A DNA stretch of 64,000 bases from Candidatus Eiseniibacteriota bacterium (GTDB taxonomy: Bacteria; Eisenbacteria; RBG-16-71-46; JABDJR01), in assembly GCA_963783375.1 (NCBI GenBank), contig CAWANH010000029.1:512001-576000 (forward strand). The letters are read 5' to 3'. Within the stretch, counting starts at the first letter, position 1; each line of letters opens with the position of its first letter. Of the stretch, positions 1-9,013 are shown one piece after another. The notes beneath the pieces are model-generated. The model searched no databases. It was not told the origin of the DNA and saw nothing but the letters and a program-made list of their open reading frames with translations. Made by a program: the position numbers and the translations under genes.

Positions 1-1318
1 ATCCTCCACGATCCGATTCAGGCGATCGATCTCCCGCTCGATGAAGTCGAGGTTCTCCCGCTGGCTGGGGTCCTCCCCGAGGTGGCGGGCCAGGTACTGG
101 ACCCCGGTGCCGATGCCGGTCAGCGGGTTCCGGATCTCGTGAGCGATGCCCGCGGTGAACCGTCCCAACGCGGCCAGCCGGTCCAGGGCCCGGATGCGCT
201 CCTCCATGTCCTTGATCTCGGACAGGTCATCGAAGATGGCCACCGCGCCGTAGACCTCCCCCACCGGGTTCCTGAGCAGGGTGGTGGCCCAGGCCGCGGG
301 GAAGGCGCTGCCGTCGGACCGACGCACCGCCCGCTCCACCCGGCGAATGTTGCGGCGGGTGCGCAACGTCTTCCTGAGAAGTTCGGTGATCCCCCCGCCG
401 GGTGGGTCCAGGCGTCCGGTCTCTCCCCCCGGAGGTCGGCCAGGTCGACCCCGGTGAGCTCTTCCGCCGCGGCGTTCATGGTGAGGACCCGGCCCGAGAG
501 GTCCACCGCCACCATCCCCGAGGCCATGTTGCGCATGATGTCTTCGCGGAAGGCCTGCTCCCGGCGAACGTCCTCTTCCAGGATCACGTTCTCCATCGCC
601 GTTCCCACCGCTTCAACCACGGACTCGAGAATTCCGTTCTCCAGACTGGAACCGGGATGGACCCCGGGTCGGCGGCCCACCGCCAGCACCCCCACCACGG
701 TGTGATGGTTGCGGCCGCGTCCGCTCAGGGGGTAGATGCGGTAGTGGCCCATTTCGTTCGGGCAGAAGGGAGCGAGTTCGGCGGGAAGCGCCCGCCCGCT
801 CACGAAGGGCATGCCGTCGTCGGCCGGGCCGCCGGCGATCGGGGTACGACCCTCCAGGCTCCGGCGGAGGTTCCCCCCCAGGTTCCCTCCAGGGTGAACG
901 GACGGCAGCGGGAAACCCCGTTCCGCACCGCGACCCACCCCTCGATGGATTCGCGGGCGGGGTCGTACACCCCCACCAGGACGCGCTCGTGATCGAAGGC
1001 CTTGTGGAGGTAGAGGGTGACCGTTTCCGCCACCTCCTCCGGGGTGCGCAGGCTCAAGAGCTTGGCCACCAGCTCTCTCAGGGAGAGGAGCTGGATCGAA
1101 GTCTCGATGACCCGCCGCTGGGTGGCCTCCAGAACGTCCACCAGGGACCGGGTGAGGGACAGCAGATCCTCATCCCGGTCGAGGGACGGCGCGTCGGCCC
1201 CCGCGGGCAGGATGCCCAGACCGCGCAGGTCGTCCAGACGGGCGGCCAGCTCACGGCGGGCGTCAACCGCGTCGTCCGCGGACGGCGATAGGGGGCGGAA
1301 CAGACGGCTCTCCAACAC
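1..1318 (-). CDS. PAS-domain sensor histidine kinase (NtrB-like); two apparent frameshifts; 3' end runs off the window
   Basis: Three frames join: ORF 800-1318, ORF 120-938 (PAS-like MASGMVAVDLSGRVLTMNAAAE), and a third frame reading LAALGRFTAGIAHEIRNPLTGI (H-box). Shifts at the C7 run 873-879 and at about 390-430. Confidence 0.8.
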
Positions 1319-1471
1319 AGTCCTCCTCGTTCCTGTTTTCGTCCGGGGGTAGCCAGGATTGAGGAGAAAGGCGTGGGAACGGGGGGGATAACCCGTGTGA
1401 TTGCAAGATGCAACGGAGCGTCAGGCGGAGGAGATACAAGGCCGGGGACGGCCCGGGATCGGGACCGGGGG

Positions 1472-2524
1472 CTAGTCGAAGAGCTCCCGGTTGGCCTCCA
1501 CCCAGTCGATCAGCTTCTCGACCCCTTCCGGCGGGGACACCGCCGGCGCCCACCTCAACTCGCGGCGGGCCTTGGCGATGTCGGAGACGTAGACCTTCTG
1601 GTCGCTCGGGCGCCAGTCGGCAAAGGTCACCGGGACCGGTCGTCCCAGCCGCCGGCCGAGCTGCTCCAGAAGCTCGAGGAGGGACAGGGTGAATTCCGGA
1701 CCCCCGCCCATGTTGTAGACCCCGTGGGGGTGGTTGGAACCGAGGAATGCCCGGTAGGCCGCGGCCAGGTCGTCGACCCACAACAGGTCGCGAACCTGCT
1801 TCCCGTCCCCGAAGACGGTAAGCGGTTTCCCGGTCAGGGCGGCGATCACGAACCAGGCCACCCAACCCTGGTCCTCCATCCCGAACTGGCGGGTGCCGTA
1901 GATGCAGGACATCCGGAAGACTCCGGTCTTGATTCCGTAGAGGCGGGCGTAGTCCTGCATGTAGAGATCGCCGGTGAGCTTGGAGCAGCCGTAGGGGGTG
2001 TGCTCGCAAAGGTCCACCGAGAAGCTTTCGTTCACCCCCGAGGCCGCCTCGCCGGCGAAGGCCCACCGGCTCGCTCCCTCTTCCAGGGGGATCCGGTTCA
2101 CGTTCTCGCCGTAGACCTTGTTGGTCGAGCAGAAGATCACCGCCGGATGAGGCGTGGCCGTGCGCGCCGCCTCCAGCACGTTGAAGGCGCCGAGGACGTT
2201 GTTCTCGAAATCCTGGCGGGGGTCGACCACCGAGGTCGTGACCGCGGTCTGGGCGGCGGTGTGCACGATGATCTCCGCCCCTGACGCCGCTTCCCGGAGC
2301 GCGTCGAAATCACGCACGTCCGCCTCGCGGAGAGTGATCCCGGAGATCCGCCCGAGGTGGTCCCAGTTGTGGCGGGCGTTCCGGTCGTCCTTCTTCAGGA
2401 GCCGGGCCCGGCTGAGGTTGTCGTACACCGTCACCGGGTGTCCGTCCCCGGCGAAGATTTCCGCCACGTGCGAACCGATGAAGCCCGCGCCTCCGGTCAC
2501 CAGCACCTTGCCGCGATCGGCCAT
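1472..2524 (-). CDS. NAD-dependent nucleotide-sugar epimerase, CDP-paratose 2-epimerase (RfbE)-like
   Basis: TGGAGFIG, STNKVYG, PYGCSK, RMSCIYGTRQFGMEDQGWVAWF, WRPSDQKVYVSD. Confidence 0.8.
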   Translation of the reverse strand: MADRGKVLVTGGAGFIGSHVAEIFAGDGHPVTVYDNLSRARLLKKDDRNARHNWDHLGRISGITLREADVRDFDALREAASGAEIIVHTAAQTAVTTSVVDPRQDFENNVLGAFNVLEAARTATPHPAVIFCSTNKVYGENVNRIPLEEGASRWAFAGEAASGVNESFSVDLCEHTPYGCSKLTGDLYMQDYARLYGIKTGVFRMSCIYGTRQFGMEDQGWVAWFVIAALTGKPLTVFGDGKQVRDLLWVDDLAAAYRAFLGSNHPHGVYNMGGGPEFTLSLLELLEQLGRRLGRPVPVTFADWRPSDQKVYVSDIAKARRELRWAPAVSPPEGVEKLIDWVEANRELFD

Positions 2525-2584
2525 GATCACTTCCCTCCGGGGTCCACCCGCCGGCGACGGAATGCCCCGCCGCGATTGGGTTGG

Positions 2585-3547
2585 TCAGGAAGACGTTTCC
2601 GTCTCCTTCAGGTACTCCACCGTGCGCTCGAGGCCTTCGCCGAAGGCGACGCGGGGCTCGTAGCCCAGGACTTCCCGGGCCCGGGTGATGTCGGCCTGGG
2701 AGTGGCGAATGTCCCCCGCCCGTTCCGGGCCGTACTCCGGATTGGGCTCCACCCCGAGGATCCTACCCAGCTCGGCCAGGAGTCCGTTCAGGGATTCGCG
2801 CCCTCCGGCGGCGATGTTGAAGAGGCCCGGCTCGATCCGGTCGACGGGCGCTTCCATGGCCAGGAGGTTCGCGTCGACAACGTTCGCCACGTAGGTGAAG
2901 TCCCTCGAGTGCCCGCCGTCCCCGTTCACCGGCGGCCGCTCTCCCTTGAGGAGCTTGGCGGCGAAGATGGGGATCACCGCCGCGTACTGGCTCTGGGGGC
3001 TCTGCCGGGGGCCGAATACGTTGAAGTAGCGCAGGGTCACGGTCTCCATGCCGTAGAGCGCGTTCATCAAGCGGAGGTACTCCTCGCCTATGAGCTTGGT
3101 GAGCCCGTAGGGGGAGATGGGGCGGGTGGGATGATCCTCGCGCTTGGGAAGCTCGGCCAGCTCCCCGTAAACGCTCGAGGAGCCCGCGAAGATGACCCGT
3201 TTCACCCCCTCGTCCCGGGCGGCCAGGAGGACGTTCAGGGTGCCGGTGGCGTTGACCGCGTGGGTCTCGGCGGGCTGGCTGATGGAACGCGGCACCGAGC
3301 CGAGGGCGGCCAGGTGGAAGACGCCGGCGACCCCGTGAACCGCCTCCCGGACCACCTTCGTATCCCGGATGTCTCCGGTGGACACGTGGAGCCGGTCCGT
3401 GCCGGCATGGCGGATCGCCTCGATGTTGGATCGCCGCCCGGTTGAGAAGTCGTCGAGGACACGGACCCGATGGTTCTCCTGAAGCAGGCGCTCAACCACG
3501 TGCGAGCCGATGAAACCGGCTCCGCCGGTTACCAGATAGTGGGCCAT
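2585..3547 (-). CDS. UDP-GlcNAc/UDP-HexNAcA 4-epimerase (WbpP/TviC-like extended SDR)
   Basis: TGGAGFIGS, HLAALGSVPRSI, SPYGLTK, LRYFNVFGPRQ, RDFTYVANVV. Confidence 0.85.
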   Translation of the reverse strand: MAHYLVTGGAGFIGSHVVERLLQENHRVRVLDDFSTGRRSNIEAIRHAGTDRLHVSTGDIRDTKVVREAVHGVAGVFHLAALGSVPRSISQPAETHAVNATGTLNVLLAARDEGVKRVIFAGSSSVYGELAELPKREDHPTRPISPYGLTKLIGEEYLRLMNALYGMETVTLRYFNVFGPRQSPQSQYAAVIPIFAAKLLKGERPPVNGDGGHSRDFTYVANVVDANLLAMEAPVDRIEPGLFNIAAGGRESLNGLLAELGRILGVEPNPEYGPERAGDIRHSQADITRAREVLGYEPRVAFGEGLERTVEYLKETETSS

Positions 3548-3552
3548 GAGGG

Positions 3553-4845
3553 CTAGAGTCTCCTGATCCTGGGTGAGGTCCGTCCCTTGAGCGCGTTCCG
3601 GCTATCGAAGATCAGGCGAGCCCGCTCCACGATAAGGTCGAAGTCGATGGACTTGTGAGGCGTGGTGATGAGAACGAGGTCGGCCGCGGCGATCCGGTCA
3701 CCGGTGAGCGGCACCGACTCGAGCGCCACCCCTTCCTGCTGAAGGCTCTTCACGAAGGGATCGTGATACTCCACGACGGCGCCGAATCCCTGAAGGCGGT
3801 TGATGATGTCGATCGCCGGGGACTCGCGGACGTCGTCGATGTTCGGCTTGTAGGCCACCCCGATCATCAGGATCTTCGCCCCCCGGAGCGACCGTTCGCC
3901 CTCGTTCAGGGCGTGCATGACCTTGCTCACCACGTGCTGGGGCATGAACGAGTTGATGAGGCCGGCCAGCTCGATGAACCGGGCCTCGAACCCCACCTGG
4001 CGGGCCTTCCAGGACAGGTAGAAGGGATCGATGGGAATGCAGTGGCCGCCCAGGCCGGGTCCGGGGTAGAAAGGCATGAACCCGAAGGGCTTGGTGGCGG
4101 CGGCATCGATCACCTCCCACACGTCGAGCCCCATGCTGTCGCACATCATGGCCAGCTCGTTCACCAGGCCGATGTTCACGCTCCGGAACGTGTTCTCGAG
4201 GAGCTTCACCATCTCCGCCACCCGGGTGGAGGAGACCGGGATCACGTTCTCGAGGGTGGTGGAATAGAGCTGGACCGCGGCCTCGGTGCAGGCCGGGGTC
4301 ACCCCCCCCACCACCTTGGGGATGTTGTGGGTCGTGTAGGTCGGGTTCCCCGGGTCCACCCGTTCCGGCGAGAACGAGAGGTAGAAGTCCTTCCCCACCT
4401 CGAGACCGGTGGCCTCCAGCATGGGAAGGATCAACTCGTCGGTGGTGCCGGGATAGGTGGTGCTCTCCAGGCTCACCAGCATGCCCGGATGCAGGTACTT
4501 GGCGATCTCCTCCACCGCGGACACGATGTAGGACACGTCGGGGTCCCGGGTCTTGCGGAGCGGGGTGGGAACGCAGATGTTGACGGTGTCCACGTTGGCC
4601 AGCTCGCCGAACTCGGTCGTCGCGGTGAGGAGCCCGGCCGAGACGACGCGGGCCAGGGTCTCCGACGAAACATCCTTCACGTGGGACCGCCCGGCGTTGA
4701 TCCCGGCCACCTTGGCCTCGGCGAGGTCGAACCCGGTCACCCGATAGCCGGCCAGGGCGTACTCCACGGCCAGGGGGAGGCCGACGTACCCCAGCCCGAT
4801 GACCCCCAGATGCGCAGTCTTGTCCTTGAGCTTTTCGCTGAGCAC
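3553..4845 (-). CDS. Nucleotide-sugar (UDP-N-acetylhexosamine) 6-dehydrogenase, WbpA/WbpO family
   Basis: GLGYVGLP, CVPTP, ESTTYPGTT, SPERVDPG, KLLENTFR, PGPGLGGHCIPIDP. Confidence 0.9.
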   Translation of the reverse strand: MLSEKLKDKTAHLGVIGLGYVGLPLAVEYALAGYRVTGFDLAEAKVAGINAGRSHVKDVSSETLARVVSAGLLTATTEFGELANVDTVNICVPTPLRKTRDPDVSYIVSAVEEIAKYLHPGMLVSLESTTYPGTTDELILPMLEATGLEVGKDFYLSFSPERVDPGNPTYTTHNIPKVVGGVTPACTEAAVQLYSTTLENVIPVSSTRVAEMVKLLENTFRSVNIGLVNELAMMCDSMGLDVWEVIDAAATKPFGFMPFYPGPGLGGHCIPIDPFYLSWKARQVGFEARFIELAGLINSFMPQHVVSKVMHALNEGERSLRGAKILMIGVAYKPNIDDVRESPAIDIINRLQGFGAVVEYHDPFVKSLQQEGVALESVPLTGDRIAAADLVLITTPHKSIDFDLIVERARLIFDSRNALKGRTSPRIRRL

Positions 4846-4990
4846 CGTGACCCTTCTCCTTCCCGGAACCTTGAAAGCAGGCGGCTAAGTCTACTCCGGG
4901 CAACGGACCCGGTCAAAGCTTGCTCCGTTGGGTTTCGGCAGAACCGCGGGAGGATTGAGACGTCGCCGGAAGCCGGCTGACCGGCTCCCC

Positions 4991-5728
4991 CTACCCCCGG
5001 CCCAGGAGGAGGGCCAGCGCCGCCGCGGTCCCCCCTCCCACCAGGGTGTTGGTGGCGTTGAGCCATTCGTGGGGGAGCAACCGGCGCGAGCCGAGGATTC
5101 CCTCGTAGAGATTCCCGAGTACCGCCGCGGGTACCGCCCAGGCCACGGCCGGTCCGGCCAGCCCCGAGATCCCGGCGGCCAGGGCCACCAGGATCGCCGC
5201 CCCCACCCCGGCCAGGGTCCCCTCCAGGGAGACCGCGCCCTCGGTCCCGGGAGGGACGGGGCGCAGGTCCCGGAGCGAGAACGTGCGCGTTCCCCAGAGG
5301 GGCCCGATCTCGGAACCGGCGGTGTCCATGGCCGCGGTGGCCAGGGCGCCGGTGAAGGCCACGGCCCAGAGCCCCCCGCCGCTCGCCCAGCCCCCCGCCG
5401 CGCAGAGGGCGGCCACGCCGGCGTTGGCCAGGGCGTGGCTCATCCCCCGCGCCCCCTTCCGGGCCTCGGCCACCCCCATCCGCGACTTCCGCTCGTAGCC
5501 GAAGCGGGTCAGCCCGGTCCCGATCACGAAGAACACGAGGAGCACCAGGAAACCCTGCCATCCCAGGAAGAGGTAGATGGGGATTCCCACCAGGAGCCCG
5601 CCCGCCACGCCCGAACGGCGCACCCCCCGCCCCGCGTAGCCCAACGCCGCGAAGACCCCGTTCACCAGGAGGGCCGGTAGCCAGTTGCGGGCCAGGACCT
5701 CGAGGCTCAGCGGTTCGGTGGGGATCAT
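4991..5728 (-). CDS. DUF92 family membrane protein (VTE6/TMEM19-like)
   Basis: Polytopic; RGMSHALANAG, DTAGSEIG, VPPGTEGAVSLEGT motifs. Confidence 0.85.
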   Translation of the reverse strand: MIPTEPLSLEVLARNWLPALLVNGVFAALGYAGRGVRRSGVAGGLLVGIPIYLFLGWQGFLVLLVFFVIGTGLTRFGYERKSRMGVAEARKGARGMSHALANAGVAALCAAGGWASGGGLWAVAFTGALATAAMDTAGSEIGPLWGTRTFSLRDLRPVPPGTEGAVSLEGTLAGVGAAILVALAAGISGLAGPAVAWAVPAAVLGNLYEGILGSRRLLPHEWLNATNTLVGGGTAAALALLLGRG

Positions 5729-6735
5729 CTCCGCCTCCAGATCTCGTCCCGGAGCCAGGACACCGTCTCCCGCAACGTCTCCTCCACCGATCCCGGCTCG
5801 TAGCCCAGCTCACGGCGGGCCTTCCCGCTCGTGAAGGACCAGTGCGCATCGTAGAGGCGGACCGAGCCCCGGGTGAGGATGGGCGGTCGCCCACTCACCG
5901 CGGCCCAGCCTTCGGCGAGCGTGGCCACGGTCAGGGGAATCGCCCGTCCCAACCGCCTGAGCGGCGGCTTCACCCCGAATATTCCGGCGGCCCGGGCTAC
6001 CAGTCGGGCCTGGGTCCAGTCCTCGCCCCCCAGAATGTAGTTCTGGCCGGGAACGCCCTTCTCCAGGATCCGGAGATACCCCTGGGCCACCGCATCCACG
6101 GGGGCCAGGTTCCAGATCTGGCTCCCGTCCCCCACCAGGCCGGGAAAGCGCCGGCGCCCGATGTCGGCGAACACCCGGGCGGTGTGGTTTCCCGCGGTGA
6201 GAGCCCCCGGACCGATGAGGATGGTGGGGATGGCCATGACCACCCGTCCCCCCCGGCGCTGGCGCTCCCGGATCCGCCGCGAGATCGCGGTCTTGGTGCG
6301 GACGTAGTCGTTGGCGTCGGCGAGCGGATCCGGCTCCTCGTCCAGGGCGCTCTCGTCCCGCGGCGCGCCGTCCGGAGAGGATCCCAGGGCGAAGAGAGAG
6401 CTGGTGAGCACCACCCGTTCCACCTTGGCCTGGCGGGCGCGGTCGAGGAGATCCAGGGTTCCGGCCACGTTGACCCGGTCGAAGTCTTCGGGGGGCGGCC
6501 CCCAGGCTTCGACCATGGCCGCGGTGTGCACCACCGCGTCGGCCCCGGTTAACCCCTCGGTCCAGTCGCCCGGCTGACCGAGTTCCCCCTCCACCAGGGA
6601 GGCGCCGCACGCCAGGAGCGACGCCGCCCGTTCCGGGCTCCGGGTCAGGGCGACCACCTCGTGTCCGGCGTCGAGGAGCGCCCGAGCCACACGGCCCCCG
6701 AGGTAACCGGTGCCCCCGGTCAGGAACACCCTCAC
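5725..6735 (-). CDS. Extended SDR oxidoreductase, farnesol-dehydrogenase/HpnA-like
   Basis: GTG start overlaps the upstream TGA; TGGTGYLG, HTAAMVEAW, TSSLFALGS, YVRTK, GPGALTAGN. Confidence 0.8.
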   Translation of the reverse strand: MRVFLTGGTGYLGGRVARALLDAGHEVVALTRSPERAASLLACGASLVEGELGQPGDWTEGLTGADAVVHTAAMVEAWGPPPEDFDRVNVAGTLDLLDRARQAKVERVVLTSSLFALGSSPDGAPRDESALDEEPDPLADANDYVRTKTAISRRIRERQRRGGRVVMAIPTILIGPGALTAGNHTARVFADIGRRRFPGLVGDGSQIWNLAPVDAVAQGYLRILEKGVPGQNYILGGEDWTQARLVARAAGIFGVKPPLRRLGRAIPLTVATLAEGWAAVSGRPPILTRGSVRLYDAHWSFTSGKARRELGYEPGSVEETLRETVSWLRDEIWRRR

Positions 6736-7430
6736 GCGCCGAGCCTCTGCAGGGCGAGGAAAACCAGGGCGCCCGCGGCGGGCACGGTCAGGTTGTCGAG
6801 GCCGCGGCCCGCCGGAGCCTCGGCGAGGGCGGCCGCCCCGGCCGCGCCCAGCGAAGGTATCCAGAGCGTCCGCCAGAGGAGCGGGTAGGTCCCGAGAAGG
6901 ATCGCCGCCGCGGATACCGCGAACATGACCGCGGTTCCCTCCCAGGACTTCGCCGCGCCGGCCGCGGAGAACCGGTGCCGTCCGAAGCGGCGTCCCACGA
7001 TGGAAGCGGCGGCGTCGCCGAACCCCATGGCGAACAGGCCGGCCACCGAGGCCGCGCGTCCTCCCATCGGCCACAGGAAGAGGATGAGGGCGGCGAAGGA
7101 GATCGGGAAGTAGATGGTGCCGGGACTCCCCCGCCCCTCCTCCTCGATCACCTCCATCAGCCGGAAGCGGTAGGAGATCGCGTTCAGCACGATGAAGGTG
7201 AGCGGAGCCGCCGCCGCCCACGCCGGGGAACGGAAGTAGAGCGCGGTGGGGAGCGCCCAGAACGCGACCCCCACGTGGATGATCTTCCGGGTGACGTCGG
7301 GGGGGAGCCGGAACAGGCGCCGGGTACCCTCCCCCACCGCGATCACGAGGACGATCCAGGCGAATGAGAGGGCGACCAGAGCGGGGTCGCTGGAGAGGAT
7401 CCTGGCGATCATGGGGAGGGATTCAATCAC
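6732..7430 (-). CDS. Phytol/dolichol kinase family (VTE5/SEC59-like) membrane kinase
   Basis: RKIIHVG, GFGDAAASIVGRRFG, KSWEGT, GLDNLTVP signature motifs. Confidence 0.9.
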   Translation of the reverse strand: MIESLPMIARILSSDPALVALSFAWIVLVIAVGEGTRRLFRLPPDVTRKIIHVGVAFWALPTALYFRSPAWAAAAPLTFIVLNAISYRFRLMEVIEEEGRGSPGTIYFPISFAALILFLWPMGGRAASVAGLFAMGFGDAAASIVGRRFGRHRFSAAGAAKSWEGTAVMFAVSAAAILLGTYPLLWRTLWIPSLGAAGAAALAEAPAGRGLDNLTVPAAGALVFLALQRLGA

Positions 7431-7562
7431 ACTCGACGGGCTGGCGGCCAGCGAAAGCGGGGCGGGCCGGAGGTCGGGAATATGCGAGCGGGCTTATCGT
7501 TTCATCGGCGGCGCCGGCGTCCGTCGTCCGAGGCCCCGGCGTCTCCGGTCCCCGGAGACCGA

Positions 7563-8627
7563 TCAGGCCGCCTCGGAGATCCGTCCGGGGTTTCCCGGGG
7601 ATTCCGCGCTCACCACGCAGTTCCGCCCCTGACGCTTGGCCACGAAGAGGGCGGCGTCGGCCGCGGCCAGCAGCGCCTCCATGGTGGCCCCGTGCTGGGG
7701 GAAGCTCGCCACCCCGATGCTCACGGTGATGGTGCCGGGAACGCAATGGGGAAAGGCGGCGTCGGCCACCGCGGTGCAGATCCGATGCCCCATGCTGGCC
7801 GCGCCGTCGAGGCGGGTCTGGGGAAGGATGATCAGGAACTCGTCCCCGCCGTACTTGGCTACCAGGTCGATGGCGCGGGAGTTTCGGGCCAGGATGCCCG
7901 CGAGCTGGCGGAGGAGCTCGCTCCCCCCCAGGTGGCCGTGCTCCTCGTTGTATCGCTTCAGGTGATCCACGTCGATCATGATGACCGAGAAGGTCTGGCC
8001 GTACCGTGAGGCCCGCGCCACCTCGCGGCGGAGCGCGGTCTTCAGGAACCGGTAGTTGTAGACCCGGGTGAGCTCGTCGGTGATGGCCAGGGACTCGACT
8101 TCCTGGAATGCGCGCAGGTTGGCGATGGCGCCGGCGGTGTGCTCGGCCACCAGGTTCACCAGGTTCTGCTCTTCCTCGCTGAACGGCTGGTCGTCCTCGC
8201 GCAACGCCACCAGGAGCCCGGCCGGGCGGTCGCGCATGGGGATGGGAACCCCCATCCAGGCCCCGAGGCCCATGAGATCGAGGAAGTCGTGGGCGGAAGG
8301 GGCGTCGTCTTCGCCGCGCCGCCAGGCCAGCGGCCCGGCCCCGTCCAGAACGCGCCGGCCGAAGCGGCCCGGCCCTTCCCAGGGCTCGGTGCGGACCATG
8401 AGGGAGGATTCCTCGGCGATCGAGACCAGGCTCGCCCCGTCCACCGCGGCCGCGGCGTAGACCAGGGAGACCCCGAGGATCTCCTGGGTCACCACCGCCG
8501 CCCGGGCGAGGATGCCGGAGAGGTCTCGCCGACCCTCGTCGAGATCGGCGATGTCCTTGATTCTTGCGCAGAGAAGCCGGTAGCCGTCGTGCATCCTAGT
8601 GCCTCGCCCCTCGGCGGTTGGGGACAT
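7563..8627 (-). CDS. GAF-GGDEF diguanylate cyclase
   Basis: GAF-like region, then TDELT, IDVDHLKRYNEEHGHLGG, KYGGDEF. Confidence 0.9.
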   Translation of the reverse strand: MSPTAEGRGTRMHDGYRLLCARIKDIADLDEGRRDLSGILARAAVVTQEILGVSLVYAAAAVDGASLVSIAEESSLMVRTEPWEGPGRFGRRVLDGAGPLAWRRGEDDAPSAHDFLDLMGLGAWMGVPIPMRDRPAGLLVALREDDQPFSEEEQNLVNLVAEHTAGAIANLRAFQEVESLAITDELTRVYNYRFLKTALRREVARASRYGQTFSVIMIDVDHLKRYNEEHGHLGGSELLRQLAGILARNSRAIDLVAKYGGDEFLIILPQTRLDGAASMGHRICTAVADAAFPHCVPGTITVSIGVASFPQHGATMEALLAAADAALFVAKRQGRNCVVSAESPGNPGRISEAA

Positions 8628-8712
8628 TCCGTCATGGGGAGATATCGGCGTCGAGCGCGGGAACCTTGGGAAAAACCGTCCCCGGAGGAGGACTCCGGGG
8701 GATTTGGCCGGG

Positions 8713-9009
8713 TCAGGGCCCGGAAGGCGGTCCCTTGGGCGGGCGCCCCCCCGATCGGCGGCCCCGCCGGACGTTCCGGACCCCCTGGAACGCGAGATAC
8801 GCGGCCACGATCACCGCCCCCAGGGTGAGGGACGCGGGGAACCAGCCGGGGATCCGGACCCCGTCCCGGACCAGCCGGTCCAGTACCTTCTCCACCGGGA
8901 GCGCCCGGAAGTAGACCACCAGCGCGGCGGTGAGGAAATAGAGGCCGGCCATGACCAGGTTGAACCAGGCCGCGGACCGGGGATCGGGAGGGGGCCGGCG
9001 GTCGGGCAC
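8713..9009 (-). CDS. Small membrane protein, two TM helices, unknown function
   Basis: Two hydrophobic segments; starts 4 bp after the peptidase stop. Confidence 0.55.
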   Translation of the reverse strand: MPDRRPPPDPRSAAWFNLVMAGLYFLTAALVVYFRALPVEKVLDRLVRDGVRIPGWFPASLTLGAVIVAAYLAFQGVRNVRRGRRSGGRPPKGPPSGP

Positions 9010-9013
9010 GGCG

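Noticed and set aside
873-879. Phase variation through G/C homopolymers (kinase; also 46860 and 57431)
   Set aside because: The runs are only 6-7 nt and one is in a conserved operon; long-read homopolymer error is more parsimonious.
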